Positions 1-16,156 of a stretch of 64,000 bases of DNA are shown in pieces. The notes under the pieces were generated by a model that had not been told where the DNA came from, did not search any database, and saw only the letters and a list, made by a program, of their open reading frames with translations. How positions within the stretch are numbered: position 1 is the first letter of the stretch; the number at the start of each line of letters is the position of its first letter. The translations under genes were made by a program, and so were the position numbers. The DNA is from a virus: IMG/VR virus record IMGVR_UViG_3300033978_000437; one strand, written 5' to 3'.

Positions 1-5533
<5,533 letters not shown>

Positions 5534-5547
5534 TGTTACTATTCCTC

Positions 5548-6564
5548 TTAAATTGTCTCAGACACAGTGGCATAAGAACATGTTTGTAAATCTTTTAAAT
5601 TAACATTTACGATTACAGTACTTTTTGCGTCGTTGGGAAATATAGACACACCTACACCGGCTAGCAGTGTCACGCTAGGCCCCTGCAACCCATTGATTGA
5701 GCGGAGTGTTTCATTACAGTAATAGTCCCCAGCTAATAAATTATTGCTTGTACCGATTGGTGGAGTTTCTTGCGGAAATAATTTGAATTCTGTGCAGGGT
5801 GCACCTAAGCCGGCATTTACTTTTGCTGCAAATTGAATGGTGTTGGTAGTTGAATTCTGTTTTATTTCCATGTTATAGCCGGACTGTAACCGCAAATCTC
5901 CTTGAAGGCACTCCCGCAGTACATAGCTTTGCCCAATTGGAAAAGCCCAAGAATTAGGAGCACAGTTAGAAGGGCGGGCTGCCCTTGTTCTGTCTGCATT
6001 TGAAATGTTTAAAGACACAACCTGACTTTGGTTTAAATTTTGAATTAATGCGGGTTCAACTATAGCTTCAGCATCTCCGCTTCGCACAATCGTCTCTCCA
6101 ATAAATAAACGAGATGTAACTGCCTCGAGTGGGCCTGTCACAAGATAACCAGACCAGTAAGGTTCTCCACATGTAACTATGGGAACTGAAATAGACAAGG
6201 AAAGAGATTGGCTAATTGGTTCATAAAACGGAACATCACTTTCTACGAATTCTGTTTGATAGATTGGATCAGTAATATCTCGTCTAAACAGTAAAAAACT
6301 ATTTACTAAATTAGGAGCATCTGAATGAAATTCGTACTCAATTATAGAGCTGCTGATTCTTGAAATTTTATAAAGGAAAACAGAATGAACTCCATCAATG
6401 AATCCAGATTCAGGTCCTAAGATAAAACCGCAGTCAGCAATAAAATTATCAGGTAATTGAAGCATTGTCACAGCACCACTAGTAGGAGTGTCTACGCCCA
6501 CAGTTGCCCGCTGAAAGGGGAAACTACGATTGATGTTTTCATTAAAAAAGTTAGGTGTTGCCAT
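5548..6564 (-). CDS. Cys-containing tail-periphery/fibre-associated protein, paralogue family member 5
   Basis: N-terminal [12 protein letters not shown]...LPDNFIAD and C-terminal LRSINGLQG motifs are shared with its neighbours; lies immediately upstream of the collagen gene. Confidence 0.55.
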   Translation of the reverse strand: MATPNFFNENINRSFPFQRATVGVDTPTSGAVTMLQLPDNFIADCGFILGPESGFIDGVHSVFLYKISRISSSIIEYEFHSDAPNLVNSFLLFRRDITDPIYQTEFVESDVPFYEPISQSLSLSISVPIVTCGEPYWSGYLVTGPLEAVTSRLFIGETIVRSGDAEAIVEPALIQNLNQSQVVSLNISNADRTRAARPSNCAPNSWAFPIGQSYVLRECLQGDLRLQSGYNMEIKQNSTTNTIQFAAKVNAGLGAPCTEFKLFPQETPPIGTSNNLLAGDYYCNETLRSINGLQGPSVTLLAGVGVSIFPNDAKSTVIVNVNLKDLQTCSYATVSETI

Positions 6565-6573
6565 ATTGTAACC

Positions 6574-7371
6574 TTAGGGTGCGGAGCCTTCTACATTTAT
6601 TACGATGCCTTCAGAAGTTGTACGAATTCGCAAAGCGGCATCGGGAGCTAGCGAATCATTCATTTGAATATTAAAATTACCTTGGGCATCGGGTAAACTG
6701 TCGTACACATTTGTGCCATTTACTATTCGAAGTACTCGAATAGGGTTAACTGGGGTAAATAAATTATCAGAGGTACACAGCCGCTGCAAATAAAGCGGAT
6801 CTCCCACTGCGTTTATTTGTAATGTAGTTACTGGATTGTTTTGTGAGTCTGTTGCAACCAAAGTAGATAAGACAACACCATCATCACCAACAAACCAGAC
6901 TTTACCACTTAATACTTCTCCAGTATCCAGTAGGAATCCAGTAACCCCAGGAGTCGGAATAGGCATTTGACAAGTAGCACAAAATTCTGTTTGATCTCTT
7001 TCAAATTCATGAATACCAATTCCCCATCCTGATAACAAGGATAGGCGGGTGGGGCTAGAAACCAGTATGCCGGCAGGTCGCCCATAATTATCTTGTAGTG
7101 GCACATTTGCAGTAGTTATAGGAAAGCTAACTTCACCATATATACTTTTAGGTGTAGTCTCATCCCCGATATAAATTGTAAATTTTCCCGACTCCACCAC
7201 TACTTCTGAGATGTAGTAACGAAAAAAACTTGTTGTATTGTATACATGAGCGTCTAAAAAAGTACCTTCCAACAATGAAACTTTACCATTGTTTAAAGTA
7301 GCTGTAGCTATAAATGGGTATTTAGTATTTTCTAGTGATGCTAAAAACTCTGGAAAACGAATAGCTGTCAT
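6574..7371 (-). CDS. Tail-periphery protein, paralogue family member 4
   Basis: N-terminal FLASLENTKYPF and C-terminal LRIVNG...PDAQGNFNI motifs. Confidence 0.55.
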   Translation of the reverse strand: MTAIRFPEFLASLENTKYPFIATATLNNGKVSLLEGTFLDAHVYNTTSFFRYYISEVVVESGKFTIYIGDETTPKSIYGEVSFPITTANVPLQDNYGRPAGILVSSPTRLSLLSGWGIGIHEFERDQTEFCATCQMPIPTPGVTGFLLDTGEVLSGKVWFVGDDGVVLSTLVATDSQNNPVTTLQINAVGDPLYLQRLCTSDNLFTPVNPIRVLRIVNGTNVYDSLPDAQGNFNIQMNDSLAPDAALRIRTTSEGIVINVEGSAP

Positions 7372-9155
7372 ATTGCAACTTCCTCCACTCGCCAGAAGGA
7401 AAAGTAACTGCGAGAGCGTCTAGCATAGACACCAGCATTACCTGCATCTGTTTGCCACAAATTAGCGGAGATTGAAGTAGAAAGTACTGTTGAAATAGTT
7501 GGGTCTGTGACACCAGTCAAAATAGCGGATAACTGCACACTAGTCTGCGTAATATTATTAGGAATAATAGCAAAACTAATACGATACCAGTCATTCACTT
7601 TCACTTTTGGAACTCCAGCTGTAACAAGGGGAGCAAGTACTAAACCATTAAAAAAATAAATGCCGAAAGTACTATTGTCAATGTCGAGAATTGCCACTAA
7701 ATAATTAACTACACTAGGTAATACTTGTCGATAATTTATAACAATTCCTGCATTTTTTTTGCTACCTAACTGCCCGCTAGTTATTTTAACATCTGTAGTA
7801 TATTTGCGGTACAGTGATTGAACATCCATTGTCCATATAGAAATGTTTGTTCGTGCTTGTGCATTTGGGTTTATTGTGGCATAGCTGCTTGCAATTTCTA
7901 TTTGTCTTATTATTGGGACAGTGGCTACAGAATAAGACACGGAATGAGACATAGAATTAGACAGAGAATTAGACAGAGAATTAGACAGAGAATAAGATAC
8001 ATCGTAGTCGATAGAAGAGGAGACCGAGATTGACATGTCACAACCATAGCCAGTTAAAGCCCCTACACAACAATCGTTTTCACCAGGACTGTCTTCAGAA
8101 ATAAAATCAAATAGTGAATCCCCCATGGGGTAAAAACCAACTGCTATCATCTCATCAAAAGTGTCGCAATAAGGTAAAGTTAATACCGTGCGTATCACTT
8201 CGCTAATGCTAACATCAGGCACAACTGGAGGAGTAGGAGGTCTTGTGGGAATAATAATAACTCGTGGGGATTCGCTTGGAAGCTTGCCGGTACTTAAGGT
8301 AGGTAGATAAGCGGGGGTGCAGCTGGCGGATAAACCTAAAGAACAATCGACAATAACTCCCCCATCTTTTGTATTTCTACCAACAACCGCACACCCTTGA
8401 AAATCTAAGGTAAGTACTCCAGAGCAGTCTGGTGCCACCCCGTTAATAAATTGAATGGGCTGTGGATCACTGCAAGTCTTAGCCCCAGATCGTTTACCGC
8501 AAAGCCCAGAAAAAGTAGAAAAAACTGAGTCAGTTGTTGTGGTTACTCCTGCAGTTTGTGCTTCTTCTTTTAAACGAAAAACAACAACATTAGAATATTC
8601 AACCCCATTAATAACACGAGTTTCTTTAACTAGCTGTAGAGGAGATACTGCAGTCAATTTTACTAGACCAGATAAAGCAACAGCATTATCTTCCACTTTG
8701 ATTGTGGGCACAGGAGGGAGTCGGCTAGACCTAGCTGCTCTAGGGGTAAGTAAAGACTGAGATGGGGAACTAAAACGGCCAGAATAGTTTTGATCTAAAT
8801 CGGCTCCAAATACAATGAATCCGCCAACTCCAGATTTAAAAGCAGTTAAGGCATAGGTTCTACCATTGATTATCTCTTCTTTGGGAAGAGTTATGCCAGC
8901 AATAAGCACTGAAGTACTTGGACTATTATCTAATGTGTTTGTAACTTCAATAAGTACAGTAATTAGGTTAGGAGTAATAGCTGCCGCACTAATAAAAGCA
9001 TAGCGACCATATTCGGTAGGCCAACAAAGTCGCATGTCCGAGAGTAAAGAGTTAGGTAATAAATCGCCATTGTCTGATCGTGCCGACGCTGTATCATCCA
9101 GCGGATAATAACGCTGTTCGTTAAGGTTGTACCAATGATTATTACGAATCGGCAT
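7368..9155 (-). CDS. Tail-periphery protein, paralogue family member 3, with Ser-alternating linker and a C-terminal ConA/lectin-like beta-sandwich (candidate receptor-binding protein)
   Basis: WYNLNEQRYYPL at the N-terminus; IQFINGVAPDCSG; SVSSSIDYDVSYSLSNSLSNSLSNSMSHSVSYSV; C-terminal NAGIVINYR...YLVAILD...FGIYFFNG...VNDWYRISF. Confidence 0.55.
   Translation of the reverse strand: MPIRNNHWYNLNEQRYYPLDDTASARSDNGDLLPNSLLSDMRLCWPTEYGRYAFISAAAITPNLITVLIEVTNTLDNSPSTSVLIAGITLPKEEIINGRTYALTAFKSGVGGFIVFGADLDQNYSGRFSSPSQSLLTPRAARSSRLPPVPTIKVEDNAVALSGLVKLTAVSPLQLVKETRVINGVEYSNVVVFRLKEEAQTAGVTTTTDSVFSTFSGLCGKRSGAKTCSDPQPIQFINGVAPDCSGVLTLDFQGCAVVGRNTKDGGVIVDCSLGLSASCTPAYLPTLSTGKLPSESPRVIIIPTRPPTPPVVPDVSISEVIRTVLTLPYCDTFDEMIAVGFYPMGDSLFDFISEDSPGENDCCVGALTGYGCDMSISVSSSIDYDVSYSLSNSLSNSLSNSMSHSVSYSVATVPIIRQIEIASSYATINPNAQARTNISIWTMDVQSLYRKYTTDVKITSGQLGSKKNAGIVINYRQVLPSVVNYLVAILDIDNSTFGIYFFNGLVLAPLVTAGVPKVKVNDWYRISFAIIPNNITQTSVQLSAILTGVTDPTISTVLSTSISANLWQTDAGNAGVYARRSRSYFSFWRVEEVAI
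7930..8001 (-). repeat. 12-nt coding repeat encoding (S-L-S-N)n-type units
   Basis: gaattagacaga x3 exact at 7954-7989, with imperfect flanking copies. Confidence 0.85.
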
Positions 9156-9167
9156 ACTAATATTCCA

Positions 9168-10844
9168 TTAAATAATCACATCAGCTTCAACACAATTGCA
9201 CCGGCGACAGAATGGGTTTGATTTATCACTAACTGTCAACGGAGTTATTTTTTCGTCTTTAATGTTTGTAGGTAAAGTCATTGCAGAAGCTTCCCAAATA
9301 CTTCGTACTTCTGCTGGAATTGTGGTATATTGCACGGCTGGAAACACACAAACTTCTCCAGTTGCAGGATTTTTAGCTACAGATTCCCAAGATATGCACA
9401 CATGTAATCTAAACTTTAACGCACCCTCAGGGTAGCTATTACAATCTGGGATACAATGCCGACCATATAAAGTTGTGACAGTTTGCGGATTGCTGTAGTC
9501 CCAATTAAACTTAGACACATTTCCGCGCACATTTGTTTGATCTGATACGATAGGGATTGGGCCATCACATTCAGCATCTCCCTCCAGCATAACAGGTAAA
9601 CAATCAAACTGAGGTCGTATGGGGTTATGAGGTACACCATTAAGATACTGAAGCCAAGTCAAATATACTGTGACATTATTAATACAGCATTTACTAGCGT
9701 TGCAGAATGCAATTCCCCACCTAATTTTACAATTACCATCTAGTGATATTCGAACTCTCAGCATGTTCGCTTCTCTTATTTGTTTTTGCGCTATCCATCG
9801 ATCTTTATTTTTTGCGTAGACATCTCGCACTTCTTCTGCGTTTATTGCTGTACTTTTAAATAGATACCACTGTCGCTTTAATCCTTGGTAAGTCTGTGCA
9901 AAGTAGAGGCAGTCACAACAATTGGTGCAATCATTACTAACAAGGATAGCAGAGCTGGCTTCTGCTTGTGTAAGTAGGCCCGCTGCGCTGTAGTTAAAAA
10001 TACGAGGGGAGGTAGAAGTTAGAGATACAGGTCGTTGTGTTCTTATGCAACCTTCGCTGTCATATATAAAATTTTGATGCACATTACTACGAACCAAATT
10101 GATTGTACGAATGACTTTTTCTTCGTCTACGCATCCTGGAAATACACCTAATCCAGCGGTAGGTGAAGACTCTATTAAAATCTTTTTTGTAAGTCGGGTT
10201 CCTTCTATCAGCGATTTTGTTGCAGATATTCCAGCTAAGTCAACATTAGCTGCAGCTAAGTCTACAACTTGAGAAATCTTTACATTATAACCTTCTGCAA
10301 AAGTTACACTACTTTTCTTAATTTGGGTTAATCCAACACGAAGCGATAACAATCTTTTAGGAAGTTTATACCATGTATCTGCTTGTAACTCACCCCGAGT
10401 AGGAACAATGTGATTGTCATAGCTACGAGACTGCCCATCAATAATGTCTGACTCTGTCCATTCTGTGTGTAGACTACATCGACATACATTATGTTCATTA
10501 GTCCATTCAAGAATTAATAATCGGTTATCCCATACCTCTGTAGTGAATCGAATTGCGGTAGTAGAATTAAACACTATGGCATTGTTTGCGTCTAGCACCA
10601 CAAGATCATGGGTATGCGTAGGCGAAGGCCAGCCCGCTGGAGGCGAAACGTTAACATTTCCAAACCCATACATCCAAGCAATACGCAGTGGATAAACAAC
10701 CTCGTCAGCAAGGTCATCAAACGAAACAAAGAAATCGGCTAATAAATATATAACATCATCGGAAGGAGATACAAACGGATAAGCAGAACCCCCACTAGGG
10801 GGCTGATTTAAACCAACCGGTTGTCTTCCTCGTGTGTTACTCAT
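9168..10844 (-). CDS. Very Cys-rich tail-periphery protein, paralogue family member 2
   Basis: SAYPFVS motif; VIRTINLV; NDCTNCCDC followed by a coiled-coil-like helix; C-terminal CRRCNC. Confidence 0.55.
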   Translation of the reverse strand: MSNTRGRQPVGLNQPPSGGSAYPFVSPSDDVIYLLADFFVSFDDLADEVVYPLRIAWMYGFGNVNVSPPAGWPSPTHTHDLVVLDANNAIVFNSTTAIRFTTEVWDNRLLILEWTNEHNVCRCSLHTEWTESDIIDGQSRSYDNHIVPTRGELQADTWYKLPKRLLSLRVGLTQIKKSSVTFAEGYNVKISQVVDLAAANVDLAGISATKSLIEGTRLTKKILIESSPTAGLGVFPGCVDEEKVIRTINLVRSNVHQNFIYDSEGCIRTQRPVSLTSTSPRIFNYSAAGLLTQAEASSAILVSNDCTNCCDCLYFAQTYQGLKRQWYLFKSTAINAEEVRDVYAKNKDRWIAQKQIREANMLRVRISLDGNCKIRWGIAFCNASKCCINNVTVYLTWLQYLNGVPHNPIRPQFDCLPVMLEGDAECDGPIPIVSDQTNVRGNVSKFNWDYSNPQTVTTLYGRHCIPDCNSYPEGALKFRLHVCISWESVAKNPATGEVCVFPAVQYTTIPAEVRSIWEASAMTLPTNIKDEKITPLTVSDKSNPFCRRCNCVEADVII

Positions 10845-10847
10845 AAT

Positions 10848-11801
10848 TTATTCGCAAGTTAAACAGCGGCGATCTCCAAGACGCGCCCCAAGCACAGTTG
10901 TGTCGAAGGTTGCAGTTTCTGCCGCTAACTGGTTAACAAAAAGCTCTAAAGCGTTTCGCTGCGTTGCAAAGCGTTCTAAATCCCTAGTAATTGCCTCTAA
11001 CTCTTCACAACCACAGCAAGGAGCACAGCAAGAATCTGCGACTTTAAGTCCATTTGTCACCGGAGCAAAACTGATACAGTCATCCCCCACAAAGTTAAAG
11101 TTACCCGCTGTGGTTGGACCTATTCCGTTAATAGTTTTAATGCAAGGAATGGCGACAGCTTCACCTGCGCACACGCATTTTTCAATAGTGCCTTCCCCGT
11201 CTAAAGCACTTATAATGATTTTAGTTTCTGACCCATTTATTGCGGTAGAAATTTGAATGTTAGTTCCGGCAACTAACTCAATATCTCCATATAGATTCTG
11301 GCTAGTGTCACCTGTACCTGAGGATATCCGCATTGCAGATATTCCTTTAATCATAGGGCGAATGGCTTGGGGCTCAATGTGTGTACCTTCAATAGTGAAG
11401 GAGAATAGACCGCTAGGCTGTTCTTGTATAGTATCTACGCGCCCAATAATTACTTTACCGCTTATGTCGGTATAAGCACCTATACCATTGATCGCAAAAA
11501 CTTTATTTCGAATAGGATTAGTTGTAGAGATTAACCCAGTGGCCACATCTATAAGGCTGTCCCCTGTGTCATACGAAATAATTAGTTGTATACCCGAAGA
11601 AAATAAACCAAGCTGGCGTATAAAGAATCTTCCAGTTTCCATGTCCATAGCAGGGGACACAGGTAAATCTAATCCTACAAGAAAATCGTCTGGGATTTCA
11701 AACGAAGCTGTAACATCTTGTTTAGTTGCTTCCGCCGTCAGCGGGTAACTACGCTGCGAATTATGATTTAGAAAATCTAAATTCCACTGTGATAATGGCA
11801 T
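10848..11801 (-). CDS. Tail-periphery protein, paralogue family member 1
   Basis: FLNHNSQRSYPL...IPDDFLV; CIKTINGIGPTTAGNFNF; DSCCAPCCGCEEL followed by a coiled-coil-like helix. Confidence 0.55.
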   Translation of the reverse strand: MPLSQWNLDFLNHNSQRSYPLTAEATKQDVTASFEIPDDFLVGLDLPVSPAMDMETGRFFIRQLGLFSSGIQLIISYDTGDSLIDVATGLISTTNPIRNKVFAINGIGAYTDISGKVIIGRVDTIQEQPSGLFSFTIEGTHIEPQAIRPMIKGISAMRISSGTGDTSQNLYGDIELVAGTNIQISTAINGSETKIIISALDGEGTIEKCVCAGEAVAIPCIKTINGIGPTTAGNFNFVGDDCISFAPVTNGLKVADSCCAPCCGCEELEAITRDLERFATQRNALELFVNQLAAETATFDTTVLGARLGDRRCLTCE

Positions 11802-11813
11802 CCTTGCCCTCCA

Positions 11814-13634
11814 TTATATTGCAGTCAATATTCCTGTTTGTTGCATGATACCTAATTCACCAGCATAAGTATCGGTAAGATCGGTAGGTGTACGCTGCAC
11901 CTTAACATAAATAATTGCCCCTGCGCTTACTTCAATTAATGAGCTGTTTGCTTCTACTGCTTGATTGGCTCCAACCAAAGCTATCGTATCAATTGTAAGA
12001 CTGGTATAACTTTGCACCACATTGACTGGAGTTGCTAGACCGGCAGTAGGTCTGGCAGAAATATAATAACTAACAGCAAGTTGAGGCAACGTACCCGCTG
12101 CCCTTCCAATTAAGCGTAGTCTAATTTTAAAGTTAGAATTAGAAGGAGCATCTGAAGGAACTTCAAATTTTACAACATAACTTGTAGTGATATCATTTGG
12201 CATCCCCAGATATAGCACAGGGTAGCTTTCTTCCGTGGCTCCGTCTAATCGTACAAGCTGACTAGCTAGTTCCTGCGTTGGCTGGCTTATTACACCGAGA
12301 CCAACTGGACCATGATAAATGGTGCGCCCAAGTGTATCTAATGTAGTGTAGGGGCTGGATAATACAACATTAGCAGAGTTAGCGTAAACTCCTTCAGCCA
12401 CAGGTCCTGCATTAAAAGTGTTAGTTACTGGATCAAATGTTTTAAAAACACGATACCCAGTTAGATTTTGACTACCAATCATGAACGCTAAATTTAAATC
12501 AATGTCTAAGTCCCCAGTTGATCCAGGAATAGTTTGCCCTGCGCAGTTTATAACTATACGAGGGTCTAAAGAGTTAAGACTAGTTACTGTAGAGACATCA
12601 GTAGCAAACCCAACTCGAGTGTAGTACAGCTTTAAAACATATGCACGGCCAGCAGGGGCACATTCGCTATAGCTGTTGCTTGCTGAACTATCTGTGTCGA
12701 GGTCTGTGGGCCAAGGTACTTCGTCATAGCAGTCACTCATCCACCAAATGCCATTCCTATCAATCACAACTAAGTCATCCATTAGTTGCTGCCCATACCA
12801 ACGATGTTCTGTGGCGGTGTCCCAGATGCTAGGTCGTTGCATCTGAATACAAGCTGATTGCAAAGGCACGGGAGGGTATAGATTTTTAAGCGATAAATCT
12901 TGAGACAAGTTATACCCAAACTTAGCTCCTACTGGGGCTAAGTTATTAAAGCTAACATGATCAGCAGGAAGCCAACCAGCGAGGTTCAAATCCGGATTTG
13001 TAATTACATGGGCTGCACCTACTGCGGGTGGGGTTACAGTACCGGAAGGAAGCATTGCTAACGAAAAAGCATAATGCCTATGATTCTCTAAGAAGTCTAC
13101 AAAACTTGGGTTTACATAGACCCCGCCATTGTTGTTAGTTTTACAAACAGGGATAGTGACTGGGGGAAGTTGACGAGTAAGCTTACCTGCACTCATGCCA
13201 GACAGATACCAAGTAGCCGCAGGAACAGCAGCTCCGGGAGCTAATGTTATGTCGAGAGCTTCTCGTATATCTATTTGGGCATAACCAAACAACAAGATGT
13301 CAGCTAGCGTAGCATTGTGCTTTATAGCCACAATACCCCATACCTGTGCTTGATCTGGGACTGTCAAATAGCCTGTAACAGTGTCAGACTCAGTAGACGC
13401 AAATGCAGCTTCAAACCGACTCGTAGTAGCATTAAAATAAACAGGTTGACCTACTTTTAAAGTAGTTTCAATTGTCTGTGCCCGTGCGTAGACTGTGGAG
13501 CCCAATGAAGCTGCTTGAATAATGCTCCACAGATACTGAATATTTTGGTCTAGTTGTTCTAGTGGTCGGTTAGCTGTACCAGGGGAGACTGGCTCTCCTT
13601 CCCTAATAAACTTAATAAAATGTTCTAAACTCAT
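11814..13634 (-). CDS. Putative proximal tail fibre / baseplate-attached structural protein
   Basis: N-terminal GEPVSPGTANRPLEQLDQNIQYL resembles tail-fibre attachment segments; beta-rich; directly downstream of the baseplate genes. Confidence 0.5.
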   Translation of the reverse strand: MSLEHFIKFIREGEPVSPGTANRPLEQLDQNIQYLWSIIQAASLGSTVYARAQTIETTLKVGQPVYFNATTSRFEAAFASTESDTVTGYLTVPDQAQVWGIVAIKHNATLADILLFGYAQIDIREALDITLAPGAAVPAATWYLSGMSAGKLTRQLPPVTIPVCKTNNNGGVYVNPSFVDFLENHRHYAFSLAMLPSGTVTPPAVGAAHVITNPDLNLAGWLPADHVSFNNLAPVGAKFGYNLSQDLSLKNLYPPVPLQSACIQMQRPSIWDTATEHRWYGQQLMDDLVVIDRNGIWWMSDCYDEVPWPTDLDTDSSASNSYSECAPAGRAYVLKLYYTRVGFATDVSTVTSLNSLDPRIVINCAGQTIPGSTGDLDIDLNLAFMIGSQNLTGYRVFKTFDPVTNTFNAGPVAEGVYANSANVVLSSPYTTLDTLGRTIYHGPVGLGVISQPTQELASQLVRLDGATEESYPVLYLGMPNDITTSYVVKFEVPSDAPSNSNFKIRLRLIGRAAGTLPQLAVSYYISARPTAGLATPVNVVQSYTSLTIDTIALVGANQAVEANSSLIEVSAGAIIYVKVQRTPTDLTDTYAGELGIMQQTGILTAI

Positions 13635-13665
13635 CCTTGAGCTCTCCCTTTTAAGCCATCCCTAG

Positions 13666-14250
13666 TTATTCTAAAGTTAGCACCCATTCGATGCCAACTT
13701 GACTAGTTGCAAGCTTTTGTTGCTGATCTTCTGCTGCAAAATAAAAACTGCTGAATAACAAGTCTCTAGTAGCATCCGTTGCGTCGATAAATGCCACAAG
13801 AGATGCACCGATTATAACAGAGTTAGAAGCATAAGAGAAAGGCTTACCATGTACCCCAGCTACTCCACCACTTCTAGCAAAGAATGTTATTTGGTTATTA
13901 GTTAACCCAGTTCCGGCAGAAGCCACTGGGCTAGCTGTCAAAGGAACCCGTAAATAGTCTTTAACGGCACTTCCAGATAAATTATTGTAGTAATCTACAT
14001 TACGAGTACGATTAAATGAAGGTATAGCCACGGTGTCGCCTGGGCTAGCTGTGTTTTCAAATTCCAAGTACAACCCGCCAATACGGAACCGACCATCCCC
14101 TGTTGTTAATAATTTTGCAGCAATTTCTGCCCATTGATATAACACAAGATTATGTTTATATTCTGTAAGTGCTGTCCAGTTGTCATCTGTCACATTGTAG
14201 GCACGCACCTTGCCACTAATGTTTTCACCGCCATTTAGATAATTGTTCAT
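13666..14250 (-). CDS. Putative baseplate/tail-fibre attachment protein
   Basis: NLVLYQWAEIAAKLL...RIGGLYLEF N-terminal pattern; position after the wedge gene. Confidence 0.4.
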   Translation of the reverse strand: MNNYLNGGENISGKVRAYNVTDDNWTALTEYKHNLVLYQWAEIAAKLLTTGDGRFRIGGLYLEFENTASPGDTVAIPSFNRTRNVDYYNNLSGSAVKDYLRVPLTASPVASAGTGLTNNQITFFARSGGVAGVHGKPFSYASNSVIIGASLVAFIDATDATRDLLFSSFYFAAEDQQQKLATSQVGIEWVLTLE

Positions 14251-14267
14251 ATAACATCCTTACTATT

Positions 14268-15824
14268 TCAAATGCAACGACCACCAATTATGGTAGCTCG
14301 TACTTGTTCAGACATATATAAAGCGGGTAGTAGGCTCTCTGCATTTACCATACATGGAAAAGAAGATAAATTCTCCTCATACCCTGCACTCGTTTCCGTA
14401 CCCAAGGTCTCCATGATAACATGAGTGTCGTCATAGACCAATTCAACATTTAATAACATTAAGGTATGTGGGGGCTGAATTTTGCGTAACTGGTCAGAAG
14501 GCACGAAAGGAAGTCGAGTTGTTCTAGAAATTCCAGCCTTAATTTTTACTACATAAGCGTTATTGCGTAAAACATTATCTGTAAGAAATTGTAGTGGGTT
14601 TATCATACCGGGGAGCATGGCAGCAGTTGGTTGCCCTATGGGGGTTGCTCGCCTATCTAAAAGCATGGCAAGCGTTTGATTTTTAGCTACCCCTGCTGCG
14701 TGCGTGTCGTCCCAAAACTTATCGGCATCAAATGGGAATCCACCAATTTTCCAAGATACCTTGGTAAATCCATCGACTCCAAGTTCAACAATTATAGGTG
14801 TTTCAATGTTTTCAAAGACTAATTCACCTTGGAACCCATAAGGTATAAGTCCTACTCCAGCCGAAAGTGCACCTATATCCTGCGGATCAATTTGTTTGCC
14901 TTGGTTAAACTCAAATACTTGGAGAAGATCTGTAAGACTATCCCCAGCTGTTACTTGCTGATGGATAAAGACGGTAGGTGTTGCTGTTAGAGGGAAACGA
15001 TAAACATGCTGATCTGTAAAGATATTAAGTTTATCTGCGTCTCTAATTATTCTTTCAACAACTTCTTTTGCCTCTATTACTAAAGGCACTCCAAAGGCAG
15101 CAGCTAAGGCTAGCTGTTGCGTGCGAATGCTTGTTCCGCTTACAAAAGCATCAAATATTGCATTAATGAATTGCTTATAGTTTTCGCTGGATTTTAATTG
15201 CAAGCGAAGAACATAGCCAAATTGCTTGTAAGTCGTGTACCAATCCCACTTTCCACGATACATCCACAATACTATTTCTTTATCTACAATTTCACCGCTA
15301 TCGTTTAATAAATCTCGTTTCGCTATTAGATTGTTTTTAAATGGATTCTCTCGAAAAACGATGGTTGTGTCTTCTAACCAATAGTCCACTCCTTGAACTA
15401 GTTCCACAGTAGGGTTTGTCAGCCGATTGAATATTAATTTTACTTCTACCAGCCCTCTAGGTTTAGTAAGCACAAAATAAGGAGTGGATAAAGCTTGACC
15501 ATAAGTTAGCGAATTATCGGAAATATAAGTTTGTGAAGTCTGCTCGTTATGCTTGGGCAGTAAGTTTGTATCTATATTTAAATCCGTCTCACGAAAACGC
15601 AAAGCATACCAGTTGTCTTGATGAAATATTGGTACCTTAAATCTAGATATGCTATTCACAAGCTCCATAAGTTGAGCATAGGTTTGCTGTGCCATTTGCC
15701 CTGTCACTTCGGTTAAATCCGAAATTAACTTATTACCTTGATAAGTTGTTGCCCAAAAACTTCCTAAAAGATTTAAAAGTAAATCGGCATTATCTAAATC
15801 ATTCTGTGGGTAGCGATATGCCAT
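14268..15824 (-). CDS. Putative baseplate wedge subunit
   Basis: 518 aa; LLGSFW...YKQFGYVL...YKQFINAIFDAF...LAAAFGVP pattern; synteny with baseplate J. Confidence 0.45.
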   Translation of the reverse strand: MAYRYPQNDLDNADLLLNLLGSFWATTYQGNKLISDLTEVTGQMAQQTYAQLMELVNSISRFKVPIFHQDNWYALRFRETDLNIDTNLLPKHNEQTSQTYISDNSLTYGQALSTPYFVLTKPRGLVEVKLIFNRLTNPTVELVQGVDYWLEDTTIVFRENPFKNNLIAKRDLLNDSGEIVDKEIVLWMYRGKWDWYTTYKQFGYVLRLQLKSSENYKQFINAIFDAFVSGTSIRTQQLALAAAFGVPLVIEAKEVVERIIRDADKLNIFTDQHVYRFPLTATPTVFIHQQVTAGDSLTDLLQVFEFNQGKQIDPQDIGALSAGVGLIPYGFQGELVFENIETPIIVELGVDGFTKVSWKIGGFPFDADKFWDDTHAAGVAKNQTLAMLLDRRATPIGQPTAAMLPGMINPLQFLTDNVLRNNAYVVKIKAGISRTTRLPFVPSDQLRKIQPPHTLMLLNVELVYDDTHVIMETLGTETSAGYEENLSSFPCMVNAESLLPALYMSEQVRATIIGGRCI

Positions 15825-16156
15825 TATTTACCCTGCTCTGGATGGTACAAACGTTTTAAAAACCAGTTTAATGCCATGCTCATCACTTGGTTTAAAAGGA
15901 AACTACCAATAAAGAAAAAGATAAGACCGCCTGTGATAAACTTAACAGCTTGTTTGCGTATTTGTTCTTCTGTGCCATTAGGATTAGCTTCATACGCTTT
16001 CCTTACTGCAAGTGCAACTCGACGAACATCTTCTCGCTTTTTTAGCAGATCGTGTGTGAGCCGTTTAGCTGCAAGAGTCACCCTAGTTTTAGGGAAATTA
16101 GACATTGCACAGCCTTGCTCATTGCAACATTCTTCTGTTAATTCTGTCCAGTTCAT
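15824..16156 (-). CDS. Small membrane protein (holin-like candidate)
   Basis: C-terminal hydrophobic helix FITGGLIFFFIGSFLLNQVMSMALNWFL; last gene of the protease cassette. Confidence 0.4.
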   Translation of the reverse strand: MNWTELTEECCNEQGCAMSNFPKTRVTLAAKRLTHDLLKKREDVRRVALAVRKAYEANPNGTEEQIRKQAVKFITGGLIFFFIGSFLLNQVMSMALNWFLKRLYHPEQGK

